From an uncultured Actinomycetota bacterium (lineage in GTDB: Bacteria > Actinomycetota > UBA4738 > HRBIN12), in the NCBI GenBank assembly GCA_963702405.1, contig CAVPCM010000001.1, forward strand, positions 121,320-185,319: a stretch of DNA of 64,000 nucleotides. Reading direction: 5' to 3'. Below the pieces are notes generated by a model. That model was not told where the DNA came from. It saw only the letters and a program-made list of their open reading frames with translations, and searched no databases. The translations under genes and the position numbers were made by a program. Positions 42,004 to 53,033 of this stretch are shown piece after piece; position 1 is the stretch's first letter; each line of letters opens with the position of its first letter.

Positions 42004-43542
42004 TCAGTGACCCGACGTGAGCATGGCCTCGAGTTTCGCGAGCGCCTGGTCGATCGTGAAGCTCGCGGCCTTCTGCCGGGGTGGGAACTCCACGAACGTG
42101 GCGAGGAACTCCGTCATCACGGCCGTCCCCGCCAGTACCAAGTACGCGTTATCGACCACCCAGTCCCAGTAGGTGTTCGAGGTGATGTCCGCCCGCTCGT
42201 AGGGATCGGTGCGGAGGTTGAAGAGCTTCGGGAGGCGCAACACCACGAACGGCTCGGCCCAGAGCTGCATCGTCCCCTGCACCCGCTGCTCCATGAAGAC
42301 GACCTTCCAATTGTCGAAGCGGAGGGCGAGCACGTCGCCATCGTCGGAGAAGTAGACGAACCCTTGCCTGGGGCTCTTGTCGACCTCGCCGGTCAGATAC
42401 GGCAACAGGTTGTAGCCGTCGATGTGGACCTTGAACGTCTTGTCGCCAGCTTCGTGGCCTCTCTTCAACTTCTCGACGACATCGGGCTCGCCCGCCACGG
42501 CGAGGAACGTGGGCAACCAGTCGTGGTGCTGGATGATCTCGTTCGAGACCGTGCCGGCGGGGATCTTCCCGGGCCAACGGACCAGCTCTGGGACGCGGAA
42601 CGCACCTTCCCAGTTCGTGTTCTTCTCGCTCCGGAACGGCGTCATCCCGCCATCCGGCCACGTGTTCATGTGTGGCCCATTGTCAGTCGAGTAGATGACG
42701 ATCGTGTCCTCCGCGATCCCCAGCTCGTCCAGCTTGTCGAGCAGAGACCCGACGATCTTGTCGTGGTCGATCATCGTGTCGTGGTACGGCGACTGCCATC
42801 GACCGGCCCGGCCAACGCTCTCAGGCTTCGGATGCGTCCGAAGATGCATGTGGGTTGTGTTGAACCAGACGAAGAACGGTGTCTCGGCCGCCTGCTGGCG
42901 TTCGATGAAGTCGACCGTATGCTCGAGCACCTCGTCGTCGATCGTCTCCATCCGCTTCTTGGTCAGCGGGCCGGTGTCCTCGATCCGCTGCTTGCCGATG
43001 TGACCCCAACGAGGCTCCTCCGTTGCGTCGTCCTCGTCGGTCGCCCACGAGTGCATCACGCCTCGCGGCCCGAAGCGCTCACGGAACCGTGGGAAGTCCT
43101 CGGCCGGCGGATAGTTCGGGAGCTCAGGCTCCTCCTCCGCGTTCAGGTGGTAAAGGTTGCCGAAGAACTCATCGAACCCATGGACGGTGGGGAGGAACTG
43201 GTTCAGGTCGCCGAGGTGGTTCTTGCCGAACTGCCCCGTCGCGTATCCGAGCGGCTTCAACAGCTCCGCGATCGTCGGATCCTCTGCCTGCAAGCCGACC
43301 TCTGACCCCGGCACGCCGACCTTGCTGAGGCCGGTCCGATACACACTCTGGCCCGTCAGGAACGCCGATCGCCCGGCGGTGCAACTCTGCTCGCCGTAGG
43401 AGTCGGTGAAGCGCATCCCCTCGTCTGCGATGCGGTCGATGTTGGGTGTGCGGTAGCCCATCAGCCCGTCGCTGTAGCAGCTGAGGTTGCTGATGCCGAT
43501 GTCGTCGCCCCAGATAACGAGGATGTTCGGCCTGTCTGCCAT
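42004..43542 (-). CDS. Arylsulfatase, copy 1
   Basis: 'PNILVIWGDDIG', FGly motif 'SCTAGRSAFLTG', 'GQFGKNHLG', 'STDNG'. Confidence 0.9.
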   Translation of the reverse strand: MADRPNILVIWGDDIGISNLSCYSDGLMGYRTPNIDRIADEGMRFTDSYGEQSCTAGRSAFLTGQSVYRTGLSKVGVPGSEVGLQAEDPTIAELLKPLGYATGQFGKNHLGDLNQFLPTVHGFDEFFGNLYHLNAEEEPELPNYPPAEDFPRFRERFGPRGVMHSWATDEDDATEEPRWGHIGKQRIEDTGPLTKKRMETIDDEVLEHTVDFIERQQAAETPFFVWFNTTHMHLRTHPKPESVGRAGRWQSPYHDTMIDHDKIVGSLLDKLDELGIAEDTIVIYSTDNGPHMNTWPDGGMTPFRSEKNTNWEGAFRVPELVRWPGKIPAGTVSNEIIQHHDWLPTFLAVAGEPDVVEKLKRGHEAGDKTFKVHIDGYNLLPYLTGEVDKSPRQGFVYFSDDGDVLALRFDNWKVVFMEQRVQGTMQLWAEPFVVLRLPKLFNLRTDPYERADITSNTYWDWVVDNAYLVLAGTAVMTEFLATFVEFPPRQKAASFTIDQALAKLEAMLTSGH

Positions 43543-43592
43543 CAGATCGCCTCCCGCGGACTGAACCCTCCCACCGTGCCACCGGCCGGCCA

Positions 43593-43609
43593 TCACCCAC
43601 TTGGGATGA
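43593..43609 (-). promoter_or_regulatory. Palindrome box TCACCC-ACTTG-GGATGA
   Basis: Perfect match upstream of the sulfatase; identical to the box at 63261. Confidence 0.85.
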
Positions 43610-43841
43610 ATTCGCTCTCGGCTCCGAGCCGGTGATCGAAGCCCTGATCGTCGCCTCGTGGCGAGTTCGTCGCTCCTCATCGGGGGCTGCGATCGCGATC
43701 TTCAACCAGGTTCTCGCGCGAAGCTCCGGCATCGGGGACGCGAGACCACGACTCCATCAGGGGGATACCTCCGAGGACTCGCGAAGCCCGGACCGTTCGA
43801 TGGTTGCAGCGGTGGGGCCACACCACCATCATGGTCCCGCG

Positions 43842-45445
43842 ATGGTCGAAGGAGCGAGCTCCGCTTCGCACGTGGACACGGGAGGCGGCAGTCAGCGCCT
43901 CGCCCTCCTCTTGGCGATGGCGATGTTCGTGCTCGTCGTCGACACGTCGCTGATGAATGTCTCGATCTCCGCCGTGGTCCGTGATCTGGACACGACGGTC
44001 AGCGGGGTCCAGTCGGCGATCGCGCTGGAAGCGCTGGTCTCGGCCGCGTTCATCCTGATCGGCAGCAAGGTGGGCGACCTGATCGGGCGCAAGAAGGCGT
44101 ACGTGCTCGGTCTGCTCGGTTACGCGATCGGTGCCCTGGCGATGACGCTCGCCCAGGGTCTGACGGCGATCATCATCTTCTGGGCGGTGATCGGTGGTAT
44201 CGGCGCCTCGCTGCTTGCTGCCGTCGATGCAGTCGCTGATCCACGGCAACTTCGAAGGGGCGGCGCAGCGAAGGGCGTACGCGCTGGTCGGGGCCTCGGC
44301 CGCGATCGCCGCTGCCGTCGGACCGCTTGATCGGTGGCTTCATCACCACGTATCTGTCGTGGCGGGTGGGCTTCGCGCTCGAGGTCGTGATCATCGCGAT
44401 CGTGTTATCCCAGATCAAGCTCGTCCGCGATGCACCGTACACCGGGGATCGCCGCGTCGACGTCGTCGGCGCGATCTTCTCGGTCTTCGCGATGGGCGGC
44501 ATCGTGCTCAGCATCCTCGTGTGGCAGGAGGGCGGCGAGGCGGTGGGCGCGCTCCTCGTGGTCGGCGGGGTCGCGATGGCGCTGCTGATCTGGTGGCTCG
44601 TCCGGCGCAAGCGGGAGGGGAAGCCGGCCCTGATCGACGCCGGCTTGTTCGCTTCCAAGGTCTTCCGGCTGGGGATCTCGGGGCAGATGATGCAGCAGAT
44701 CTCGTTGGGGGGGTTGATGATCGCCCTCCCGATCTTCCTCCAGATGGTGCTCGAGTACACGGCGATGGGCTCGGGGCTCTCGATCGCGCCGCTGTCGCTC
44801 AGCATGTTCGCCGTGGCGTTGCTGGCCGGCAAGCGAGCCGGAGGGAGACGCCCGAGCAGCATCATCAGGGCCGGGTTCCTCCTCCTCACCGTGGGGGTCG
44901 GGGCGTTGCTGCCGGTCGTGCCGCGCGCAGACTCGGGCTGGGCTCTCACGATCCCGCTGATCGTCGCAGGATGCGGCCTGGGGCTCCTGGTGTCGCAGCT
45001 CAACAACTACACGTTGTCCCCGATCTCCGAGGAGCGGGTGAGCGAGGCCGCGGGCGTGAACTCGGCCGCGGGCTCGTTCGGACTCTCGTTCGGGCTCGCG
45101 TTCGCGGGCGCGATCATGCTCGCGACCCTCTCACTCAGGTTCACCGACCTCGCGGAATCGAGCACTGTGCTCGCGCCGGCCGAGCAGCAGCAGGTGGCGA
45201 CGGCCCTGGAGGACGACGCCGAGCTGATGAGCAACGCGCAACTCGAGGAGGTCGTGGCCGGTCGGCCCGAGGCGACCCAGGATGAGATCGTCCGGATCAA
45301 CACCGAAGCGCGCCCGTTCGCCCTCCAGGTGGCGCTGCTGATCCCGTTCCTCGCCGGGCTGATCGGGTTGCTCAACTCGTTCCGCATGATGCGGCTCCCG
45401 GATCCGGAGCCGTCCGGTTCGGCTGAGGGGATGGTTCTGGGCTGA
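43842..45445 (+). CDS. MFS transporter (DHA2/14-TM type; frameshifts near 44220 and 44325)
   Basis: 'FVLVVDTSLMNVSI', 'GSKVGDLIGRKK', 'GGFITTYLSWRVGF'. Confidence 0.85.
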
Positions 45446-45513
45446 GCTGGCGTCGAGCTCAGCGCTGGCCTCGCGGCGCCGGCCTCGGTCGCTCCCTGCC
45501 GACTCTAAGGGGG

Positions 45514-46812
45514 TCAGCCGGCATCGCTCACGGCCGGGCGCCGTCCCCTCGCCCACTTCCACCACACGTCGAGGCCGACCGAGAGCGCGATGATCACGAG
45601 CAACGCGGCGGTGGCTGCCGGCTCCTCCACCAGCGTCGTCGTCGCGAAGACCACGAGCGTGATCGTCGTGGACGCGAGCGCCACGATCAGGACGAAGGGG
45701 TTGGCGCCCGTCTCGTGACGGATCCGGAGGTGGGCGATCGTGACCAACGAGAAGATCAGCAGGGCGATGGCGCTCCCGATCGACGCGATCGCGTCGAGGT
45801 CGAATCCGATCGCGAGCACCAGGGTCGCGACCACCATGACCAGTGTCCCGACCGGCGCGCGACCGATCGAGCGACCGAACACGGGAGGGAACTGCCCGGT
45901 CGACGCGAGCTGGATCGACAGCCCGCCCGCCGGATAGATCCCCGCGTTCGTCGCGCCGGCGGTGGCGAAGAGCCCCGTCACGCTCATCAACCAGTAGCCG
46001 AGCCGACCGAGGGTAGGTTCGGCAGCCACCGCGATCGCCGTTCCGCCCGACGCGATCACCTCGTCCACCGTCAGGGTCCCGAACACGCCGAGGGCCACCG
46101 CGACGTAGGTCAGCGTGGCGATCGCCAGCGCCAGGTACATCGCGCGCGGGAGCTGACGGGACGGGTCCGCGAGGTCCTTCGCGGTGAAGGTGATCACGCC
46201 GAACCCCAGGAACGCGAAGAACGTCAGGGCCACGCTGGAGACGATGTCGCGCAAGGATGGATACGCGGACGGATCCAGCAGCGAGGGATCCATGTTCACG
46301 ATCGTGACCACCGCGAACGCGAGCAGGATGCCCACGACGATCGTCACGGTCACGGTCTGGACCTTCGCCACGGCCTGCGAGCCCGCGACGTTCACCCACA
46401 GCATCGCGAGCAGGATCAGTGCGGAGAAGACCTTGATCCACACATCGGCCGCGTCGTCGCCGATGAACAGCGACGCCCCGTAGCTCCCGAACGACACGGC
46501 CACCATCGCGGTGATGACGATGTTGGCCGCGTAGGTCAGCCAGCAGGTCGCGCCGGTCAGGTGACCCTCCCCGAACCCCCGAGCCACGTATTCGAGCAGA
46601 CCTCCGGCCGATGGGAACCGCGCACCGAACTTCCCGAACGAGTACCCCTGGAGGGCCGCGATCGCGCCCGCGATCACGAAGGACAGCCAGACGGCGGCTC
46701 CGGCCACGGCGCCCGCCGTGCCGAGCAGCGCGAAGATGCCGGCCCCTACCATCGCGCCCACGCCGATGAAAGCGGCCTGTCGAACGGTCATCGATCCGGG
46801 CGACGTACTCAT
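45514..46812 (-). CDS. APC family amino acid permease
   Basis: 'GAMVGAGIFALLG', 'FPSAGG', 'FFAFLGF'. Confidence 0.9.
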   Translation of the reverse strand: MSTSPGSMTVRQAAFIGVGAMVGAGIFALLGTAGAVAGAAVWLSFVIAGAIAALQGYSFGKFGARFPSAGGLLEYVARGFGEGHLTGATCWLTYAANIVITAMVAVSFGSYGASLFIGDDAADVWIKVFSALILLAMLWVNVAGSQAVAKVQTVTVTIVVGILLAFAVVTIVNMDPSLLDPSAYPSLRDIVSSVALTFFAFLGFGVITFTAKDLADPSRQLPRAMYLALAIATLTYVAVALGVFGTLTVDEVIASGGTAIAVAAEPTLGRLGYWLMSVTGLFATAGATNAGIYPAGGLSIQLASTGQFPPVFGRSIGRAPVGTLVMVVATLVLAIGFDLDAIASIGSAIALLIFSLVTIAHLRIRHETGANPFVLIVALASTTITLVVFATTTLVEEPAATAALLVIIALSVGLDVWWKWARGRRPAVSDAG

Positions 46813-47552
46813 CGTTCCTCCTCCACGTCGGGGCCTTCGGCCGGCGACCTCTCGATCGGGCGATCGAACGCCTGCGTCTCGGAGCTCGTCTCCTGCCGAT
46901 CCTTGGGGCGCAGCATGGCCGGGGTCATATCACGGGGCTCGGGCGATTCCCAGCCTCTCCACGTCGCAACACCCCGGATCAGCAGGACGAGGACGACCGC
47001 CAGGATCTGCGCAACGAAACGTCGCACCTCGAGCCCCGCCACCAGGCCGACGTAGAGCGCGGCCCCGAGGAAGGCTGCGGATGCGTACGGCGGCCCTCGC
47101 CGGAGCATCCGCGGCGGGGTCTCGCCGACCAGAACGTCGCGGAGCACGCTCCCCCCCACTCCCGTGATCGTGCCGAGCAGGATCGCCGACGGGATCGGGA
47201 GGTCCGTCGTCAACCCACCCTGCGCGCCGATCACGCTGAACAGGCCGAGCGCGATCGCATCGATCACCAGCAACGCGACATGCAGACGGTTCGCCGCCTG
47301 CGCGAAGAACGCCCCGATCAGCGCCGCCCCCGCGACGGCCAACAGGTACCAGGAGTCCCGAAGGGCGAGCGGGACCCGGGCGAGCAGGACGTCGCGGATC
47401 AGTCCCCCACCGAGCCCGCTCACGAGCGCGAGGGCGAGGATCCCGATCACATCCAGCCCTCTCCGCTGAGCGAACAGTGCGCCGGCGAGGGCGCCGGCGA
47501 TCACCGCCGGGAGCTCGATCCACAAGGGCGGATCGAGCACGGCCGCGATCAT
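46809..47552 (-). CDS. Trimeric intracellular cation channel (TRIC/UPF0126) family protein
   Basis: Duplicated 'GLGGGLIRDVLL' / 'GVGGSVLRDVL' and 'DAIALGLF'. Confidence 0.85.
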   Translation of the reverse strand: MIAAVLDPPLWIELPAVIAGALAGALFAQRRGLDVIGILALALVSGLGGGLIRDVLLARVPLALRDSWYLLAVAGAALIGAFFAQAANRLHVALLVIDAIALGLFSVIGAQGGLTTDLPIPSAILLGTITGVGGSVLRDVLVGETPPRMLRRGPPYASAAFLGAALYVGLVAGLEVRRFVAQILAVVLVLLIRGVATWRGWESPEPRDMTPAMLRPKDRQETSSETQAFDRPIERSPAEGPDVEEER

Positions 47553-47609
47553 CGCGTCACGCGTTGCAGGAACCCAGGTGCGGAATTCCTCGTCATCGCT
47601 CCACCGGGC

Positions 47610-49112
47610 TCAATCGACCGCCGCTCCGCCCGCGAGCACGATCACACTGAGCACCCCGAGCGCCAGCAAGAGCGGCCACACCCATCGTAGGTAGCGGCCG
47701 TACGGAACCCGCGCGATCGCCAACCCTCCCATCACGACCGCGGACGTGGGGATGAAGAGATTCATCAGACCGTTCGCGCTCTGGTAGGCGGTCACCACCA
47801 GGGCCTCGGACACGCCCACGAACACGGCCAGCGGCGCCATGATCGGCATCGCCACGGTCGCCAGCCCGGACGACGAGGGAATCAGGAAGGACAGGGGCAG
47901 GAAGAGCAGGAACATCACGATCGCGAACGCGGCGACCCCGACGTCGCCGAGCGCCACTTCCGCCCAGTGCAGCACGGTGTCGGTGATCTGCCCGTTGTTC
48001 ATGATCACCGTGATCCCTCGAGCGATCCCGATGATCAGGGCGACCCCGAGGAGCTCGCCGGCGCCGACGACGAAGGTCGAGGTCAGGTCGCCCTCCTTCA
48101 TCCGGCCGATCAACCCGATCACGATCGAGAACAGCAGGAACGACGCCGTCATCTCCGGGAACCACCACCACAGCGTCGGGAACGGGACGCCCAGGTCTTC
48201 CCAGGGGATCACGCCGTACATCATCACGAGGAACGCAAGTCCGAAGACCGCGAGGATCACCTTGTGCTGGCCGGTGAGCGCCGCGACCTCGCCGCCTTGC
48301 TCCTCGGCCCGGAACCGTTTCTCGTTGTCCGCCTTCATGTCGTACACCAGAGACCGGGTCGGATCCGCCTTCACGCGAGCGGCGTACCGCATCACGAAGA
48401 AGATGCCGATCGCCAGCCCCACGACCAGGATCACGAGCCGTCCCACGATCCCGTCGCTGAGCGGGATCCCCGCGAACCCCGACGCGATCCCCGTCGCGAA
48501 CGGGTTGATCGTCGACCCGAGCGTCCCGATCCCACATCCGAGGAGCACGATCGCGGCTCCGGTGATCGCGTCGTACCCGGCGGCGATCATCACGGTGATC
48601 ACCAGCGCGTAGAACGCGAGGCTCTCTTCCGCCATCCCGTAGCTTGTGCCCCCGAGCGCGAACACCCCCATGAGGAGGGGGATCATCCATCGCTCCTTCC
48701 CACGGAGTCGTTGGACGAGCCGGCCGATCCCCGCTTGGATCGCCCCGGTCCGCATCGTCACCCCGAGGAACCCGCCGATCACGATGATGAACAACGCGAC
48801 GTCGATCGCACCGAACAGCGTGCCGGAGTTGTAGTAGTTGATGTTCCCCTTCTTGTTCTCGATCCCGTAGAGGCCGTTGATCGGGGCGGTGAGCGAGTCC
48901 ACCATGATGTCCGCCGGTCGCGACTCCACCTCGCGGTAGGTGCCGGGGATCGGCTCGCCGTCCTCGTTCAACTCGTACGTGCCGGCGGGGACGAACCACG
49001 TTGCCAGCGCCGCCAGGACGATCAGGAAGAACAGGATCGTGTACGCGGATGGGAGCTGGAACCGCCGCTTCTTCGTCGGCTCCGGGGCGGGCTCCGCGGT
49101 TGTCTGGCTCAC
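47610..49112 (-). CDS. YfcC family transporter (candidate arginine/ornithine antiporter)
   Basis: 'LPSAYTILF', 'GTSYGMAEE', 'STINPFATGIAS', 'IPSSSG.A...MPIMAPL'. Confidence 0.85.
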   Translation of the reverse strand: MSQTTAEPAPEPTKKRRFQLPSAYTILFFLIVLAALATWFVPAGTYELNEDGEPIPGTYREVESRPADIMVDSLTAPINGLYGIENKKGNINYYNSGTLFGAIDVALFIIVIGGFLGVTMRTGAIQAGIGRLVQRLRGKERWMIPLLMGVFALGGTSYGMAEESLAFYALVITVMIAAGYDAITGAAIVLLGCGIGTLGSTINPFATGIASGFAGIPLSDGIVGRLVILVVGLAIGIFFVMRYAARVKADPTRSLVYDMKADNEKRFRAEEQGGEVAALTGQHKVILAVFGLAFLVMMYGVIPWEDLGVPFPTLWWWFPEMTASFLLFSIVIGLIGRMKEGDLTSTFVVGAGELLGVALIIGIARGITVIMNNGQITDTVLHWAEVALGDVGVAAFAIVMFLLFLPLSFLIPSSSGLATVAMPIMAPLAVFVGVSEALVVTAYQSANGLMNLFIPTSAVVMGGLAIARVPYGRYLRWVWPLLLALGVLSVIVLAGGAAVD

Positions 49113-49122
49113 GGGTACCTCC

Positions 49123-50652
49123 TTAGGCAGGCGCGGGGTCGATCGTCCCGTCGCCCGCGCTCGTTGGCTCGACGGACGGCTGCTCCGACGCGAGGATCGT
49201 CGGCACCTTGAACCCGATGAACCCGAACGCGACGTCCAGGATCGGGCTGAGGATGTTGAAGAAGCAGAACGGCAGGTACGTCACCGTAGCAACGCCGAGG
49301 ACCCCGGAGATGTACGCCCCACACGTGTTCCACGGGATGAGGGCCGACGTAACGGTCCCGGAATCCTCGACCGCGCGGGACAGCACCTGCGGCGCGAGCT
49401 CGCGTCGAGCGAACTCCTCGCGGTACATCCGAGCCGGCAGGACGACGGCCACGTACTGGTCGCCCGCGATCATGTTGAGACCGAGCCCGCTCGCGTTCAC
49501 CGCGAGGATCAGCTTGCCGCGTGTGTTCGCGCGGGCAACGACCGGCGCCATGATCCGGCGGAGGAAGCCGGCGTGCTCCATCACGGCGCCGAAGGACAGC
49601 GCGCCGAGGATCAGCCAGATCGTCGTCAAGAACCCGGCCATCCCGCCACGCGAGAACAGCGTGTCGATCGCCTCGTTCCCGGTGTTGCTGACGAACCCCG
49701 TGGCCATCGCCGCATAGAACGCCTTGATGCCGGTGGCGACCGGACCCAGCCCCTCCTCCCCTACGAAGGCCTTCACGGCGTCCCACTGCGTGAAGCAGGC
49801 GAGGATGCCGGCGAACAGAGCAGACGCGAGGATCGAGAGGAACGGTGGGAACCTCCGAACCGAGAAGAACACGAGCAGGAGCAGCGGCAGGAGGGCGATC
49901 ACGGAGATGTTGAACGCGCTCTCGAGCGCGTCCTGCGCCGCCTCGGTGCTCGACGCTCCCGCAGGGTCTGCCGTGAACCCGAGGATCAGGAAGATGATCA
50001 GGCTGATCCCCAGGGCGGGAGCGGACGTCCACCACATGTTGCGGATGTGCTGGTTGACGGTCACGCCCCCGACGAGGCTCGGCACGAGGATCGTCGTCTC
50101 CGACAGGGGCGTCATCTTGTCGCCGAAGTAGGCGCCGCTGATGATCGCCCCGGCCGCCACTGCCTCGTTGAGGCCGAGCACCTGTGACATCCCGATGAAG
50201 GCGACCCCGAGCGTGCCGGCCGTCGTCCACGAGCTCCCGGTCACCATCCCCACGAGCGCGCATATCACCGCGGACGCGAAGTAGAAGATCGTCGGGGTCA
50301 GGATGCCCACTCCGAAGTGGACGACGGTCGGGATCGTCCCGGCCATGTTCCACGTGCCGATCAGGGCGCCGACCGCGAGCAGGATGAAGATCGCGCCCAT
50401 CGCCGTGCTGACGCCGCCCACGGCGGCGTCGGCGACTGAGGCTACGCTGTAGCCGTTCTTGAAGGCGATCAGGCTGGCGAAGGCCGCGCTGAGGAAGAGC
50501 GCGACCTGCAGCGGACCGTTCGTCGCGTCGACGCCGAACAGGGCGATCGTGAGCGCGATCAGGACGATCAGGACGCCGACCGGGAGGAGGGCGTCCAGGA
50601 GGGTCGGCGGCCTCGGCCGCCGACCCTCCTGGAGCGGAGGCGCCTCCTCCAT
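49123..50652 (-). CDS. NhaC family antiporter (candidate ArcD-type amino acid antiporter)
   Basis: 'GSSWTTAGTLG', 'SGAYFGDKMTPLSETT', 'SRAVEDSGT..SALIPWN'. Confidence 0.85.
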   Translation of the reverse strand: MEEAPPLQEGRRPRPPTLLDALLPVGVLIVLIALTIALFGVDATNGPLQVALFLSAAFASLIAFKNGYSVASVADAAVGGVSTAMGAIFILLAVGALIGTWNMAGTIPTVVHFGVGILTPTIFYFASAVICALVGMVTGSSWTTAGTLGVAFIGMSQVLGLNEAVAAGAIISGAYFGDKMTPLSETTILVPSLVGGVTVNQHIRNMWWTSAPALGISLIIFLILGFTADPAGASSTEAAQDALESAFNISVIALLPLLLLVFFSVRRFPPFLSILASALFAGILACFTQWDAVKAFVGEEGLGPVATGIKAFYAAMATGFVSNTGNEAIDTLFSRGGMAGFLTTIWLILGALSFGAVMEHAGFLRRIMAPVVARANTRGKLILAVNASGLGLNMIAGDQYVAVVLPARMYREEFARRELAPQVLSRAVEDSGTVTSALIPWNTCGAYISGVLGVATVTYLPFCFFNILSPILDVAFGFIGFKVPTILASEQPSVEPTSAGDGTIDPAPA

Positions 50653-50662
50653 CACGACCCCC

Positions 50663-50812
50663 TTACGACTCGATGACTCGAACCAGGCGAACCGGGGAGC
50701 CGAACGCGCCCAGCTCGTCACCACGACGATGCTCGCGTCCGCGCGCGAACGCGATGAGGCCGACGAGCACGAGGACGAGCACGATCACGACGATCCATCG
50801 GATACCGCTCAT
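50663..50812 (-). CDS. 49-aa single-pass membrane protein (not in ORF track)
   Basis: RBS AAGGGGG; MSGIRWIVVIVLVLVLVGLIAFARGREHRRGDELGAFGSPVRLVRVIES*; fills the arcA-nhaC gap. Confidence 0.65.
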   Translation of the reverse strand: MSGIRWIVVIVLVLVLVGLIAFARGREHRRGDELGAFGSPVRLVRVIES

Positions 50813-50822
50813 GCGAACCCCC

Positions 50823-52088
50823 TTAGAGCGGGTCGCGGAGCAGCGGGCACGTCATGCAGTGTCCGCCTCCGCGACCCTTGCCGAGCTCGAAGCCTTCGAT
50901 CGTGATCACCTCGACGCCGGCCTCGCGCATCTTCGAGATCGTGTACGTGTTCCGCTCGTAGGCGACGACGACACCGGGCTCGAGCGCGACGACGTTGTTG
51001 CCGTCGTCCCACTGCTCGCGCTCCTGCTGGTACACGTCGCCACCGGTCTCCACGACCTGGAGGTCCTTCACACCGAGGGCGTCGGCGACGGCCGGGATGA
51101 AGCCCTCCTCCTCGGTCACGTGGAGGGTGCCCTCCTTCGAGCCCGGGCGGAGGCTGATCGCCCGCACCTGGTCCATCACCTTCGGGTACGCCGTCGCCTT
51201 GTCCCGATCGAGGAGCGTGAAGACCGTGTCCAGGTGCATGTGGGCGCGATCCTTCGTCATCACGGCCGCGATCACACGCTCGGCGGCGCCCTTCGCGAAC
51301 AACGCCCTCGCGATCTGTTCGATCATCCGCGCCTGGGTCCGCTCGCTCAGGCCGATCAACACGGTGCCGTTCCCGATCGGCTGGACATCGCCTCCCTCGA
51401 GGGACGCGCGGCCGAAATCCGCGATCTGGAACCGGCCGTCGTCGCCGCGCGGCGGGTACCAGTACTCGAAGTCGTCGCCTTGGAACATCGGGTGAGCCCT
51501 GTAGATCGTGGCGACGTTGTATGCCTCCAGACGCCGGGCCGGCCAATACATCGGGTTGATCGAGACGCCGCCGTAGATCCAGCACGACGAGTCCCGGGTG
51601 AACAGCGTGTTCGGAAGGGGCGGCAGGATGAACGCGCTCGTGTCGTCGCCCAGCGCGGCCGCCGGCAGCGAGGACCCCTTGAGCTTCCCGAGGTCCACGC
51701 CCGCCTCCTCGACCGTGAGGCCACCGATCAGGTGCTTCGCGAGCGCGTCTGGCGCCATGTTCCCGAGGGTGCTCCGGATCTCGTCCACGAGGGACACGCC
51801 CACCGTGTACTCGGTAACCGCGACCTCGATCAGCCGCTTCTGCGCCTCCTCGCTCGCGGCCAACGCCTCCGCGAGGAGGTTCTGGAAGAGGTAGACCTCG
51901 ACCCCCCGTTCGCGCATCTTCTCGACGAAGCGATCGTGCTCGTACTGCGCCCGCTCGACCCACAGCACGTCGTCGAACAGCAGCTCGTCGTGGTTCGTGG
52001 GGGTCAACCGCTGGAGGCTGAGATCCGGACGATGGACCATCACCTTCCGCAACTTGCCCACCTCGGAGTGGGCACCGAACTCCGTCAT
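50823..52088 (-). CDS. arcA: Arginine deiminase
   Basis: 'HSEVGKL', 'LLFDD', 'LPNTLFTRD', 'LEGGD', 'MHLDTVFT', '[11 protein letters not shown]'. Confidence 0.95.
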   Translation of the reverse strand: MTEFGAHSEVGKLRKVMVHRPDLSLQRLTPTNHDELLFDDVLWVERAQYEHDRFVEKMRERGVEVYLFQNLLAEALAASEEAQKRLIEVAVTEYTVGVSLVDEIRSTLGNMAPDALAKHLIGGLTVEEAGVDLGKLKGSSLPAAALGDDTSAFILPPLPNTLFTRDSSCWIYGGVSINPMYWPARRLEAYNVATIYRAHPMFQGDDFEYWYPPRGDDGRFQIADFGRASLEGGDVQPIGNGTVLIGLSERTQARMIEQIARALFAKGAAERVIAAVMTKDRAHMHLDTVFTLLDRDKATAYPKVMDQVRAISLRPGSKEGTLHVTEEEGFIPAVADALGVKDLQVVETGGDVYQQEREQWDDGNNVVALEPGVVVAYERNTYTISKMREAGVEVITIEGFELGKGRGGGHCMTCPLLRDPL

Positions 52089-52110
52089 CTGTCCTCCGAT
52101 CTGCTTCTGA

Positions 52111-53025
52111 TCACGACGCCACCACCTGTGTCCCTCCGGACCCCTCCACGATCTCCTCGATGTCCGCGAGTCCGCCGATCGCCGCTCGCTTGCCTGTCCG
52201 TTCGACGAACCGGATCGCGGCCCCGACCTTTGGTCCCATCGATCCGGCGGGGAACTCACCGGCCCGGAGCTCGTCGACCGTGACGCGCTCCAGCTTGCGT
52301 TGCTCCGGCGTGCCCCAATCCGCGTAGACGCCGTCCACATCCGTCGCCATCACGAAGAGGTCGGCCTCGACCTCGCGAGCGAGGAGCTCGCTCGCGAGGT
52401 CCTTGTCGATCACCGCCTCGACGCCGACGAGGGTCCGGTCGCCGTCCCCCGAAAACATCGTCGGGACGCCACCGCCGCCCGCGCAGATCACGACGGCGTC
52501 TTTCTCGAGTAACCATCGGATCGGCCGGATCTCGAAGATCCGCTTGGGTTCGGGCGAAGGAACCACGCGGCGCCACTTGTTGCCGTCCGGCTTCACGACC
52601 CAGCCCTTCTGGGCGGCCAGCTCGTCCGCCTCGGCCTTCTCGTAGACCGGCCCGACGAACTTCGTCGGATCGCCGAACGCCGGATCCTCGGGGTCGACCT
52701 CGACCATCGTGAGGATCGTCGCGAACGGCACCTCTGCAGGCAGCACGTTGCCGAGCTCCTGCTCGAGCATGTAGCCGATCATCCCCTCGGTCTGCGCACC
52801 CAGGACGTCGAGCGGATAGGCTTCGACCTCCTCGTAGGAGGCCGCCTGGAGCGCGAGGAGTCCCACCTGGGGACCGTTGCCGTGGGACAGGACGAGCTGG
52901 TGCTCCTTCGCAACGGCGGCGAGCGGCGGCGCCGCCGTGCGGACGTTCGTCCGCTGGACGTCGGCGGTCATCGGTTCGCCGCGCTTGAGCAGCGCGTTCC
53001 CGCCGAGCGCAACGACGACCCGCAC
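52111..53025 (-). CDS. arcC: Carbamate kinase
   Basis: 'VVALGGNAL', 'HGNGPQVG', 'PTKFVGP', 'EAVIDKD', 'GSMGPKV'. Confidence 0.95.
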   Translation of the reverse strand: MRVVVALGGNALLKRGEPMTADVQRTNVRTAAPPLAAVAKEHQLVLSHGNGPQVGLLALQAASYEEVEAYPLDVLGAQTEGMIGYMLEQELGNVLPAEVPFATILTMVEVDPEDPAFGDPTKFVGPVYEKAEADELAAQKGWVVKPDGNKWRRVVPSPEPKRIFEIRPIRWLLEKDAVVICAGGGGVPTMFSGDGDRTLVGVEAVIDKDLASELLAREVEADLFVMATDVDGVYADWGTPEQRKLERVTVDELRAGEFPAGSMGPKVGAAIRFVERTGKRAAIGGLADIEEIVEGSGGTQVVAS

Positions 53026-53033
53026 GATCGCGC

